64,000 nt of DNA from Spirochaetales bacterium (GTDB lineage: Bacteria > Bacillota > Clostridia > Christensenellales > UBA1242): assembly GCA_050178795.1 (NCBI GenBank), contig JBFXFT010000003.1, forward strand, positions 3,955 to 67,954. The letters are read 5' to 3'. Position 1 is the stretch's first letter. Every line of letters starts with the position of its first letter. Below the pieces are notes generated by a model. That model was given only the letters and a program-made list of their open reading frames with translations. It was not told the DNA's origin and did not search any database. Of this stretch, positions 9,807 to 19,198 are shown one piece after another. Made by a program: the position numbers and the translations under genes.

Positions 9807-12422
9807 TTAATCTTCAAGTTTTTTTAGTGAATCTAGAATATTTTGCTCTAATTGTTTATTTTTGTCTAACGTTTTTTGAACCTCTTTTGCTTGTTCTGGA
9901 GCGTTAGCCACAAACCTTTCGTTACTTAGCATTCTGCTAGAACTTTCAATTTGTCGTCTTGTCTTTTCTAGTTCTTTTTCTAGTCTCTCTTTTTCCTTTT
10001 CAAAATCTATCATATCGCTAACTGGAAGATAAACTCTGCAATTTGCAAATACTAGTTCTGCCGCCTTGGCGTTTTCGTAAGTCTCAACATATTCTACACT
10101 CTTTGCGCCTGCAAGTTTTTCAATAAGTAGTTTAGAATTTATTAATAATTCCTTATTTTCAAGCGGAAGAATAATTATGCTAATTTTTTTATTGTCTGCA
10201 ACGCCCATATTTGCCCTCGTGTTTCTTATGGATTTTACTATTTCCATAATACTTTCCATTTCTAGGCTTGCTTGCTTGAATATTAACTTTTTATTTGCAA
10301 CTGGAAAAGCGCTCTTCATAATGGTTTTTTCGTGTTCTGGAAGGCTTAAATAAATCTCCTCCGTTGCAAAAGGAATAATTGGGTGTAGTAACTTTAAAAT
10401 GCGTTCTAACACATATAAAAGCACATTTACGGTCTTATTTTTGTTTTCTAAATCTTCACCATATAGGCTGGTTTTGCTAATTTCAATGTACCAGTCGCAG
10501 AACTTATTCCAAACAAACTCATAAAGTTCGTTTGTTGCTAAATTGTACTCAAATTTGTCATACAAATGAATTGTGTGCTCTATTTGTTTGTTTAGTTCGC
10601 TTAATATCCATTTATCTGCCATATCAAGTTTTTGGGTTTCAATGCTTTGTTTTTTGTAGCCATCAACATTCATCAAAACAAAGTTGCTTGCGTTCCAAAG
10701 TTTATTAATAAAATGGCTTGCACTCAAAATGTTTTCATTTTTATATCTGCTATCTTGCCCCGTACTGGTGTTAGATATTAAGGCAAACCTCATAGCGTCT
10801 GCGCCATAGTCCTTTATTATTTCAAGTGGGTCAACACCATTGCCTAAGTTTTTACTCATTTTGCGACCTAAACTATCTCTAATTAAGCCGTTTAAGTAAA
10901 CGTCGCTAAATGGAATTTTGCCTGTAAACTCTAACGAGGTAAATATCATACGAGCAACCCAGAAGAAAATAATGTCATACCCTGTAACCATTACATTGGT
11001 TGGAAAAAAGTAGTTCATTTCCTCTGTGTTTTCTGGCCAACCTAGTGTGCTATACGGCCAAAGTGCAGAACTGAACCATGTGTCAAGCACATTTTCGTCT
11101 TGCTTTATGTGAGTTCCACCACATTTAGAACATTTTGTAGGGGCATCAACCTCTACCATTATGTTTCCGCAATCTTCACAGCTGTAAACAGGTAGTCTGT
11201 GTCCGCTCCAAAGTTGCCTTGATATGCACCAATCTTGAATGTTATCCATCCAATTTATATAAACCTTTTCAAAGCGCTTTGGGTGAAAATCAATCTCTTT
11301 ATTTTTTACAACTTCAATGGCAGGTTTTGCTAAACCCTTCATCTTTACGAACCATTGCGTGCTTATTATTGGCTCTATCATGGTCTCGCAACGAGTACAA
11401 TGACTTGTTTTGTTTTTATGGTCCTCAATTTTTTCTATTAGACCTAGTTTTTCAAAGTCTTTTAAAATTTCTTTACGGCACTCTTCCCTAGTTAGGTTAG
11501 CATATTTGCCTGCAAACTCGTTCATAGTTGCATCGTCGTTCATAACTCTAATGCTCTCTAAATTGTGCCTTCTTCCTACTTCGTAGTCGTTAGGGTCGTG
11601 CGCTGGTGTAATTTTAACAACTCCGCTTCCAAAGTCCATTTCTACATATTCGTCTGCAATTACTGGAATAACCCTATTTATAATAGGAAGTATTACATTT
11701 TTGCCAACAATATTTTTGTATCTTTTATCATTTGGGTGTACTGCAACTGCGGTGTCACCTGGTATTGTTTCTGGTCTAGTCGTTGCAACAACAACATAGC
11801 CACTTCCATCTTCTAATGGGTACCTTAAATGCCAAAGTTTGCTTTTACTATCTTTATATTCAACCTCAATGTCGCTAATGGTCGTTTTACAACTAGGGCA
11901 CCAGTTTATAATCCTGCTACCTTCATAAATTAGACCTTTATTATATAGTTTAACAAAGGCAGTATTTACCGCCCTGTTCCTTTTTTCGTCCAAGGTAAAA
12001 GCAAGCCTGTCCCAATCACACGATGCGCCAATTTTTTTAATTTGACCAACAATGCGATCGCCATACTTCTTGTACCAATCGTTCATATGTCCTAAAAAGG
12101 CGTCTCTTCCAACCTCTTCCTTTGTAAGCCCTTGTTTTTTTAAATAGTCAACAACTTTTGCCTCCGTTGCAATAGCGGCGTGGTCCATACCAGGCAGCCA
12201 TAAAGCCTCATACCCTTGCATGCGTTTAAAGCGCGTAATTGCGTCTTGTAGCGACTTAGTGAACGCGTGACCTATATGAAGTTGACCCGTTATGTTTGGT
12301 GGTGGCATGATTATTGTAAAAGGTTTTTTGCTTTTGTTGACGACAGCCTTAAAATAACCCTCTTCTAGCCATGTATTGTAAATTCTATTTTCAATTTCGC
12401 TTGGATTATATTTTCTGTCCAT
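9807..12422 (-). CDS. valS: Valine--tRNA ligase
   Basis: PPPNITGQLHIGH, DWCISRQLWSGH, KMSK, C-terminal coiled coil. Confidence 0.98.
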   Translation of the reverse strand: MDRKYNPSEIENRIYNTWLEEGYFKAVVNKSKKPFTIIMPPPNITGQLHIGHAFTKSLQDAITRFKRMQGYEALWLPGMDHAAIATEAKVVDYLKKQGLTKEEVGRDAFLGHMNDWYKKYGDRIVGQIKKIGASCDWDRLAFTLDEKRNRAVNTAFVKLYNKGLIYEGSRIINWCPSCKTTISDIEVEYKDSKSKLWHLRYPLEDGSGYVVVATTRPETIPGDTAVAVHPNDKRYKNIVGKNVILPIINRVIPVIADEYVEMDFGSGVVKITPAHDPNDYEVGRRHNLESIRVMNDDATMNEFAGKYANLTREECRKEILKDFEKLGLIEKIEDHKNKTSHCTRCETMIEPIISTQWFVKMKGLAKPAIEVVKNKEIDFHPKRFEKVYINWMDNIQDWCISRQLWSGHRLPVYSCEDCGNIMVEVDAPTKCSKCGGTHIKQDENVLDTWFSSALWPYSTLGWPENTEEMNYFFPTNVMVTGYDIIFFWVARMIFTSLEFTGKIPFSDVYLNGLIRDSLGRKMSKNLGNGVDPLEIIKDYGADAMRFALISNTSTGQDSRYKNENILSASHFINKLWNASNFVLMNVDGYKKQSIETQKLDMADKWILSELNKQIEHTIHLYDKFEYNLATNELYEFVWNKFCDWYIEISKTSLYGEDLENKNKTVNVLLYVLERILKLLHPIIPFATEEIYLSLPEHEKTIMKSAFPVANKKLIFKQASLEMESIMEIVKSIRNTRANMGVADNKKISIIILPLENKELLINSKLLIEKLAGAKSVEYVETYENAKAAELVFANCRVYLPVSDMIDFEKEKERLEKELEKTRRQIESSSRMLSNERFVANAPEQAKEVQKTLDKNKQLEQNILDSLKKLED

Positions 12423-12454
12423 TACATTTTTTTCCTTTTTTTAATATGTAATTT

Positions 12455-12483
12455 ATTATAATCTACACAGCAAAATATGTCAA
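12455..12483 (-). promoter_or_regulatory. Sigma-A promoter of valS
   Basis: TTGACA-17 nt-TATAAT about 30 nt upstream of the ATG. Confidence 0.75.
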
Positions 12484-12528
12484 TGTTTAAGATAGGATTG
12501 TTCTTTATATGCTGACTTAAAAACCAAT

Positions 12529-14280
12529 TTAAGACCTTATTTCAATGTGAACGTCTTTTAGTTGACGCCTAGTTACCGTGTTTGGTGCGCCCATAAGCAG
12601 GTCTTGAGCTTTTCTGTTCATTGGAAAAGCCACAACCTCTCGTATGCTATCTTCGTCTAAAAGTAGCATCAAAATGCGTTCTATTCCTGGCGCTATGCCA
12701 GCGTGAGGCGGCACCCCATATTGAAAGGCGTTATATAGTGCGGCAAATTTGCTTTTTACATCTTCCTCGGTATAACCCGCTATTTCAAAAGCCTTTACCA
12801 TAACATCTATATCGTGGTTTCTAACTGCACCACTGCTAAGTTCCACGCCGTTTAGAACGAGGTCATATTGATAGGCTAAAATGTCAAGTGGTGCAAGTGT
12901 TTCTAGTGCTTTTAGCCCACCTTGTGGCATGCTGAATGGGTTGTGTGAAAACTCAATTTTTTGAGTATCATCATTAAATTCAAACATAGGAAAATCTGTA
13001 ATCCAACAAAATTTATATTCACCCTTTTTAATTAGGTCAAGCCTCTTTGCTATTTCCGTTCTAAGCGCTCCACTTAGCCTTGTAGCCACCTTAAAAGTGT
13101 CTGCAATAAAGAATATAGATGAGCCCTCGCTAGCCTCCGTTAGGCTTATTATTGCCTTCTTTTCGTCCTCACTTAAAAACTTAACAATTGGTCCAAATAA
13201 CTCACCATCTTGTAGCACTTTAAGCCATGCAAGACCCTTTGCGCCCTCTTTCATCATATCCTCGGTTAATCTTTCATAAAAACTCTTTGAAAGGTCTTTA
13301 ACATCTATGCTAATGGCTCTAACTTCTAAGCCTTTAAACGCTCCAAAAGATGTGTTTTTAAACATTTCTGTAAGATTTTTTATTATGATTGGGTTTCTTA
13401 AATCTGGCTTGTCTGTACCATATTTTTCTAATGCCTCTTTATAAGGAATTCTTATAAATTTTTCTTGAGAAACGGTGTATTTACCGTACTCTTTAAATAT
13501 TTTTGGTATTATGTCTTCAATTACTGCAAACACATCTTCTTGTGTTGCAAAACTCATTTCCATATCTAGTTGGTAAAACTCGCCTGGTGAACGGTCCGCC
13601 CTTGCGTCTTCGTCTCTAAAACAGGGCGCTATTTGGAAATATCTGTCAAAACCAGACGCCATAAGAAGTTGTTTAAACTGTTGTGGCGCTTGCGGAAGGG
13701 CATAAAACTGACCTGGATGCAACCTTGAAGGCACAATATAGTCTCTTGCCCCTTCTGGACTTGAAGAGGTTAAAATTGGGGTTGTAATTTCCAAAAACCC
13801 TAGTTCTGTCATATATTTTCTTATTGCCGAAACCACTTGACTTCTAAAAATTATTTTTTTATGCATCTCTGGGTTTCTTAGGTCTAAGTACCTATATTTT
13901 AAGCGCACTTCTTCGTTTACATGCATACTCTCCATAATTTCAAACGGCAGAGTATGTTCGCACTCGCTTAAAATTTCAAGTTCTTGTACCTTTATTTCAA
14001 CTGTTCCTGTGTTAATTTTTTCGTTTACCGTGTCAAGGCTTCGCTCTATAATTACACCTTCTACCGATATTACATCTTCCTTTGAAATTTTGTGTACGAA
14101 CTCGTCTGGCATAAGTAGTTGCATCATTCCATAGTGGTCCCTTAGGTCTACAAAGGTAATACCGCCGTGGTCGCGAATAGTGCTAACCCAGCCAGCAACC
14201 TTTACCCTCTCGCCTATTTTGTCTTCGGTAATTTCCTTACTTGTTAGAGTTCTATAACTCTGTTTAATTAGTTTTTCCAT
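12529..14280 (-). CDS. aspS: Aspartate--tRNA ligase, probably non-discriminating (Asp/Asn)
   Basis: RDHGG, YALPQAPQQFKQLL, FRDED, PPHAGIAPGIER; His in the RDHGG loop is typical of non-discriminating AspRS. Confidence 0.97.
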   Translation of the reverse strand: MEKLIKQSYRTLTSKEITEDKIGERVKVAGWVSTIRDHGGITFVDLRDHYGMMQLLMPDEFVHKISKEDVISVEGVIIERSLDTVNEKINTGTVEIKVQELEILSECEHTLPFEIMESMHVNEEVRLKYRYLDLRNPEMHKKIIFRSQVVSAIRKYMTELGFLEITTPILTSSSPEGARDYIVPSRLHPGQFYALPQAPQQFKQLLMASGFDRYFQIAPCFRDEDARADRSPGEFYQLDMEMSFATQEDVFAVIEDIIPKIFKEYGKYTVSQEKFIRIPYKEALEKYGTDKPDLRNPIIIKNLTEMFKNTSFGAFKGLEVRAISIDVKDLSKSFYERLTEDMMKEGAKGLAWLKVLQDGELFGPIVKFLSEDEKKAIISLTEASEGSSIFFIADTFKVATRLSGALRTEIAKRLDLIKKGEYKFCWITDFPMFEFNDDTQKIEFSHNPFSMPQGGLKALETLAPLDILAYQYDLVLNGVELSSGAVRNHDIDVMVKAFEIAGYTEEDVKSKFAALYNAFQYGVPPHAGIAPGIERILMLLLDEDSIREVVAFPMNRKAQDLLMGAPNTVTRRQLKDVHIEIRS

Positions 14281-14316
14281 CTTTTTTTCTCCATATTTGT
14301 TAGTTTTAAAGTCAAA

Positions 14317-14350
14317 ATAAAAAAATCTCGGGCAATTTCCCGAGATTTTA
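14317..14350 (-). terminator. Attenuator terminator in the aspS leader
   Basis: Minus strand AAAATCTCGGG-AAATTG-CCCGAGATTTTTTT, between the promoter and aspS. Confidence 0.85.
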
Positions 14351-14391
14351 AAACTTTTTACTTAATTTTAATCTACAACAAAATAACCCAT

Positions 14392-14451
14392 TTAAAATGT
14401 GTTCAATAAATTATTATTGTTGTTATTGTTGATTAAAATAAATTGTTTCAT
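14392..14451 (-). CDS. Asn-rich leader peptide MKQFILINNNNNNNLLNTF
   Basis: AAGGA RBS, ATG at 14451, 7 consecutive AAC/AAT codons, TAA at 14394-14392. Confidence 0.8.
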   Translation of the reverse strand: MKQFILINNNNNNNLLNTF

Positions 14452-14480
14452 TTGTTTTGTTCCTTAAATAAAGTAGCCTT

Positions 14481-14509
14481 AGTATATTTGATTTTTAACA
14501 AACTGTCAA
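14481..14509 (-). promoter_or_regulatory. Sigma-A promoter of the leader-aspS transcript
   Basis: TTGACA-17 nt-TATACT. Confidence 0.8.
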
Positions 14510-14510
14510 C

Positions 14511-14546
14511 AAAAAAATAAAAGTCCTTTAGTTATGGACTTTTATT
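14511..14546 (-). terminator. Terminator of the SipW/fibre operon
   Basis: ATAAAAGTCC...GGACTTTTAT hairpin followed by a T-run on the minus strand, just after the last gene. Confidence 0.7.
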
Positions 14547-14554
14547 CTATCTTT

Positions 14555-15115
14555 TTATTCTTCTTTACTTTTAGCGGTTTTTACAAAGTCAGCAATTTGA
14601 ATTGCCATAGCTATAAGTAGTGGAATGATTATTATTGTAACAAACAAAAGGGTGTTACTTAACATAGAGGCTAAAAACTTTATTATGGGCATTTCTCTAA
14701 CATATACGCCTTCAATTTTTGCAACCGTTATAATTTCTACATCTTCAACGGAGTTTGCGTCTCCCTTGGTTGTAAACCAAAGCACTCCCTCGTTGTCAGT
14801 AATTTGCGTTACCCTGTGCGTAATATAACTACCTGCGAGGCTACCATAATCGCTTTTATAGGTAATAATATCGCCTATCTGTATTTCAGTTGGGTCAGTG
14901 TCTTTAATTAAAATTACATCTCCAACATTTAGTGTTGGCTCCATACTTGCAGTCAAAATGTAGCAAACCGAGTAGCCAAACACAGTAATCATTTTGTTTT
15001 GAGAACGATAATAACTAAATAGAATGGCTGTAAAAGTAGATGCAACAATAAAAACGATTAATATAATTGAAATTACTTTATCTAATACGCGTCGGTTTTT
15101 TGTTTCTTCTTTCAT
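14555..15115 (-). CDS. sipW: Signal peptidase I, SipW/S26B type (copy 2)
   Basis: LTASMEP (catalytic Ser), ITHRV (His), TKGDAN; N- and C-terminal TM helices. Confidence 0.9.
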   Translation of the reverse strand: MKEETKNRRVLDKVISIILIVFIVASTFTAILFSYYRSQNKMITVFGYSVCYILTASMEPTLNVGDVILIKDTDPTEIQIGDIITYKSDYGSLAGSYITHRVTQITDNEGVLWFTTKGDANSVEDVEIITVAKIEGVYVREMPIIKFLASMLSNTLLFVTIIIIPLLIAMAIQIADFVKTAKSKEE

Positions 15116-15122
15116 TTTGCCT

Positions 15123-16928
15123 CTATTCTTCTAATTCTTTTAATTTTTGTATCAACTCTTCTAGTTTATACTTGTCATAATCCTCGTCAAAATCGTCTGA
15201 ACTACTATCATCTTCCTCTGGAAGTCCGTAGCCCATTAAAGACCCTTCCTCGTCACCTATTATTGGCAAGTCATCTATAGGAGAAGGTGCTATTGGCTCT
15301 TCAACTATTGGTTCTACAACATCAATTTGTTCAGTGTTTTCTGTCTCTTCACTAAGTCTTAAAGCCTCAATTTCGTCATCGGATAGTCCATCAACTTTAA
15401 TTGGCAATACTTTTAATTCGTCTTGCTTAGTCTCTTGGAACTTTAATACTTGTTCTTTATACTCTTTTAGTTTTTCTTCTTGATATTTCTTAATAGCATC
15501 GTTCAATTCTTTTTGCTTAATCTCTTGATACTTTAATACTTTCTCCCTTAACTCTTTGTCTCTTTGTTCTTTTATTCTTTGTTCTGCTTTTTCTTGAGTT
15601 ATTGGGTAATCTGCCATGTTAAGCGTATGTCTTGCTTCAGCAATGGCAACATTTTTGGTTCTAATTTGCTCTTCAATGCTATTGATTGTGCTTCGTAGGT
15701 CTCTAATATTTTGTTGTTCTTTCTCAATTAGCCTATGTTGTCTCATAACATCGTTTGCCATATCAACCATAATCTTATGTTTGTATTGCAAAGCCTCATG
15801 TTTAAATTGCAACAATTTATATTTATCTTCTAGAACTTCAATCTTTTTATTTAAAGGAGTTGTTTTTCTTTCAATAGCAACTCTAATTTTCTCTTCTAAT
15901 TCATCTTTTCGTCTTTGAATTTCAAGCTCTTTATTGCGCTTTTCAATTTCTTTTTCTAACTTTAATTGTTGTTTATAGTCTCTCTCTATGTGTCTTTTAA
16001 ATTCAGTATTAAACACAATTTCAGTTAAGAAGTTTGTAAACACGAAAACATCAGACAATTCATCGTCTGTCCTCTTTGGCATTTTGCCATCAAACGTTTT
16101 ATCTTCATAAGTATAACCTTTGCTGTTATACCTACTAATGTAATCCCATAAGTCCACACAAGTTTTAAAGTTAACGTTTTTTGTCAACAAGTTTGTTTGA
16201 ATAAGTGGTGGTTTAATAAGCTCTACGCCGTGTAATTCTTTAATTAATGGCAAAGAATAGAAGTCACTAATAATTCTTCTAATCCTTACAATTCTTCCAT
16301 AGCCAGAAAGATGTGAAACATCTTCTGTAACATCTACTTTTTGGTTATCTGCTTGAGTTTTATATGCAAACTCAAGAGTCATTGTAGACACTTTGTTTTT
16401 TCTTTTTACTGTTTTATTGATGTCATATTTTACATCAATGCGCTCATCTTTGTTTCTTAAATCCTCATAGCGCCTTTCAATAAATTCATTTAACCTTCCT
16501 AAAAGGGTAAAAAGGAACCTATTTTCATAAATAGCACTATTTGATTCATAATAAATATTTAATATTCTATCTGGTTTTACTTCATTATTTTTTTCTACCC
16601 TGGCAATCATATTTGTATGTTGTGCCAAGTGCCTAATGGATTGTGTATTTACTCTTTTAACCTTTTCAATAGGCACAATCTCATCTTTTTGTTCAATAAA
16701 TGTTCTAGACTCTCTTATTGCCTTATCCATAAAAGGCAATGTGGCTTCAATCTTTTCAAGCCATTCAAAATCCAGCAGTTTGTTGCCGACAACACCGCTT
16801 AAAAAGTTGTTTCCACTGGTATTATTGTGTAAAGATTCTTTGTAATCTTTATACTTCTTATCATCTTCCAGCGTACGTTTCCATGACATATACGCTTTAT
16901 AGAAATTAATAGAATAACTACTTTTCAC
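15123..16928 (-). CDS. DUF2357 (McrC N-terminal-like) protein with coiled coil and acidic tail; no nuclease domain seen
   Basis: EIVPIEKVKRV, SIRHLAQH, IYENRFLFTL, LLTKNVNF..LW pattern; follows an McrB-like gene; C-terminal half K/E/Q-rich heptads. Confidence 0.7.
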   Translation of the reverse strand: MKSSYSINFYKAYMSWKRTLEDDKKYKDYKESLHNNTSGNNFLSGVVGNKLLDFEWLEKIEATLPFMDKAIRESRTFIEQKDEIVPIEKVKRVNTQSIRHLAQHTNMIARVEKNNEVKPDRILNIYYESNSAIYENRFLFTLLGRLNEFIERRYEDLRNKDERIDVKYDINKTVKRKNKVSTMTLEFAYKTQADNQKVDVTEDVSHLSGYGRIVRIRRIISDFYSLPLIKELHGVELIKPPLIQTNLLTKNVNFKTCVDLWDYISRYNSKGYTYEDKTFDGKMPKRTDDELSDVFVFTNFLTEIVFNTEFKRHIERDYKQQLKLEKEIEKRNKELEIQRRKDELEEKIRVAIERKTTPLNKKIEVLEDKYKLLQFKHEALQYKHKIMVDMANDVMRQHRLIEKEQQNIRDLRSTINSIEEQIRTKNVAIAEARHTLNMADYPITQEKAEQRIKEQRDKELREKVLKYQEIKQKELNDAIKKYQEEKLKEYKEQVLKFQETKQDELKVLPIKVDGLSDDEIEALRLSEETENTEQIDVVEPIVEEPIAPSPIDDLPIIGDEEGSLMGYGLPEEDDSSSDDFDEDYDKYKLEELIQKLKELEE

Positions 16929-16963
16929 TTTTTACCTTTCCCATTTATTTTTTTATTTTTTTA

Positions 16964-18493
16964 TTATACTAGTTTTTGATATTCGCTTAGACATGCTTTA
17001 CATTCTTGCATACTCTCTTTTCCGAAGAGTTTGTCCATAAACTTAATTAATCCTTCAATTTCATCTCTTACATAAGACAAGTTCAAATATGCAAACTTAC
17101 GATAAACCTTTTTTGCCATTACATAGTCAATTCCGTTAAGTTCTGAACCACCACACGCCATGTAGGATGGAACGAATGTCTTTAATTGACGCAAAATACG
17201 GTTACCAAAAGCAAGTCTAAAATGTTGAATAACATAGTCGTCTAATTGTTCTAGTTTTTGCAAATTATCTTCTGAAACATGAAAATCCTTTATTGATTTT
17301 TCAATTAACATATTGAAGTGGTCAAAGCCAAGTTTCATAGCTGGGGTATCAGGTGCCTCAAATGGGGTACCCTTTGTATTGATATCAATAGGCATAGCTC
17401 TGTCGTAAACCTTATCTGTAATAGCGAATGTAGAGTCATCGTTATTGGCTGTTCCTATGTACCACATATTTTGAGGTATTAGTAACTTGCCGCCAACTAA
17501 TTTTTTAGGGTCATTGTCCCATACGCTTGCTACAAGTTCTACAATCCACTCATCCTTACTAGGCATTTCCAAAATAGATAGTAATTCTGCAAAGTAATAC
17601 TCAACCCTCGCAATGTTCATCTCGTCCATTACTGTTATGTATACTTCGTTTGTATAGTTTGCTATATACATTTGTTTTAATATATCTGTCTCTGTATATT
17701 TCTTAGTAAACTCGTTGAAATAACCAAATATTTCGGCTTTATCTCTCCAAGACGGTTGAACTGATGCAATAAGTGCATCGTTTTGTAAAAACTTACCCCA
17801 AGCGTAAGCAAGAGATGTTTTACCAGTTCCTGAAATACCTTGCAATATGATTAATCTTGTAGATGAGAATGAAGCGACGAATAATCTAATGATATCAATT
17901 GTGTAATAAAGTTTTAATTTTGAACAACAAAAATTTCTAAACCTTTCACAAAGTCCCGGTAAATCAATTTTGTTGTCATATTGTGGTGCAACATAATTTT
18001 CAAACATTTTATCAACTTCTGTAAGTTTATAAAACCTTGAAGTGTTGCTTTGTCCGTTGCTGTCCTCATTAAGAGACTCAAGTTCATCACCTGTCAGTTC
18101 GGAAATTTCATTTGGATTTAAACCTATTTGAGAAACCTTCATAGACAAAATTTTGTCTTTTTCAAGGTTAAGGCGCATAACTTCTTTGTTTAGGGAGTTA
18201 ACTTCTTTAACTAAGTCGTCTTGAACGACTGCCTTTTGTGCCATAACCATAAGTCTTTTTATACCACGAAAGATTAAGTAAATAATTCCTAAAAGGAAGC
18301 CAAAGACTAATAAAATACATAGAATTCCTACAATCCAAAACCAGCCACCCAGTTCTTCACTATAGGTTGCTATGGTGTTGCCATAGGTTACAACGTCAAA
18401 TGCTGTTAGAATACCGAATACAATTCCTTGTACTATTGTCAGTATGCCATCAAGCAATTGGCCGAAAAAATCTATAATAAAATTAGCCAACAT
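16964..18493 (-). CDS. Membrane-anchored McrB-like AAA+ NTPase
   Basis: Walker A GISGTGKT, VQPSW, Walker B DEMNIARVEYYFA, GTANNDDST (NxD), DKVYDRA; N-terminal hydrophobic helices plus short coiled coil. Confidence 0.85.
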   Translation of the reverse strand: MLANFIIDFFGQLLDGILTIVQGIVFGILTAFDVVTYGNTIATYSEELGGWFWIVGILCILLVFGFLLGIIYLIFRGIKRLMVMAQKAVVQDDLVKEVNSLNKEVMRLNLEKDKILSMKVSQIGLNPNEISELTGDELESLNEDSNGQSNTSRFYKLTEVDKMFENYVAPQYDNKIDLPGLCERFRNFCCSKLKLYYTIDIIRLFVASFSSTRLIILQGISGTGKTSLAYAWGKFLQNDALIASVQPSWRDKAEIFGYFNEFTKKYTETDILKQMYIANYTNEVYITVMDEMNIARVEYYFAELLSILEMPSKDEWIVELVASVWDNDPKKLVGGKLLIPQNMWYIGTANNDDSTFAITDKVYDRAMPIDINTKGTPFEAPDTPAMKLGFDHFNMLIEKSIKDFHVSEDNLQKLEQLDDYVIQHFRLAFGNRILRQLKTFVPSYMACGGSELNGIDYVMAKKVYRKFAYLNLSYVRDEIEGLIKFMDKLFGKESMQECKACLSEYQKLV

Positions 18494-18529
18494 AGTAGCC
18501 CTACTCCTTTAATTGTTAAAATCTATTGT

Positions 18530-19180
18530 TTAGTTGTCTTTTTTCTTTTGCTCCAAAGACTCCAAGTACTTTTTAGCAAGTTCTTGTTTTTCTTCTTCAG
18601 TCAATGATTCAAGACCAGCAACAACTTTCTTGTCACTTTCTTTATATTTTGAAAGTAGCATAATAAAGTTTACAATTTGGTAAATAAATATTGCCGCTAA
18701 TGGAAGAACGATACAGATTAAGAAACCTGTGCTTGATTGAATATAATCAACAATGCTTCCAAAGCCATTTAATTTAATACCAATATACTTAGCAACGATG
18801 TCGCCTGAAGTAATTGTAGCCAAGTCTGATTGATTAACATTATCACCTTGAGTAGAATAATATCTAACTCCCGCAATAGTAGCGTAGGAAATAATTCTGT
18901 GAGTATTTAAAACTTGCTCACCTTCAATAATTGTTCTAAAAGTAACAATATCATCTATTTCAAATTGATCTGTAGGACTTGTAGTCTCAACAAAAATCAA
19001 GTCTCCGGGACCAAAAACTGGCTCCATAGAATCTGTTTGCACGGACAAATACCCTACACCAAAAATGTTCGGTACGCCTTCTGTAGTACTTAAAGATAAA
19101 ATAACTGTTAGTAAAGAAAGTGCGAAGATTATCCAAATTAAAGTATTGCCTACAATCTTCATGATTCGCCTTGTTTTCAT
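18530..19180 (-). CDS. sipW: Signal peptidase I, SipW/S26B type (copy 1)
   Basis: QTDSMEP, NTHRI, TQGDN; two TM helices. Confidence 0.9.
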   Translation of the reverse strand: MKTRRIMKIVGNTLIWIIFALSLLTVILSLSTTEGVPNIFGVGYLSVQTDSMEPVFGPGDLIFVETTSPTDQFEIDDIVTFRTIIEGEQVLNTHRIISYATIAGVRYYSTQGDNVNQSDLATITSGDIVAKYIGIKLNGFGSIVDYIQSSTGFLICIVLPLAAIFIYQIVNFIMLLSKYKESDKKVVAGLESLTEEEKQELAKKYLESLEQKKKDN

Positions 19181-19198
19181 AAGTTTTTCTCCATATTT

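Noticed and set aside
14410-14430. (AAT/AAC)n as a mere microsatellite
   Set aside because: Mixed synonymous Asn codons in frame with RBS, ATG and stop, placed between a promoter and a terminator, fit a leader peptide better
15123-18493. Calling the pair a conventional McrBC restriction system
   Set aside because: No DNA-binding domain or PD-(D/E)xK motif is visible; the TM anchor and SipW-flanked context argue otherwise
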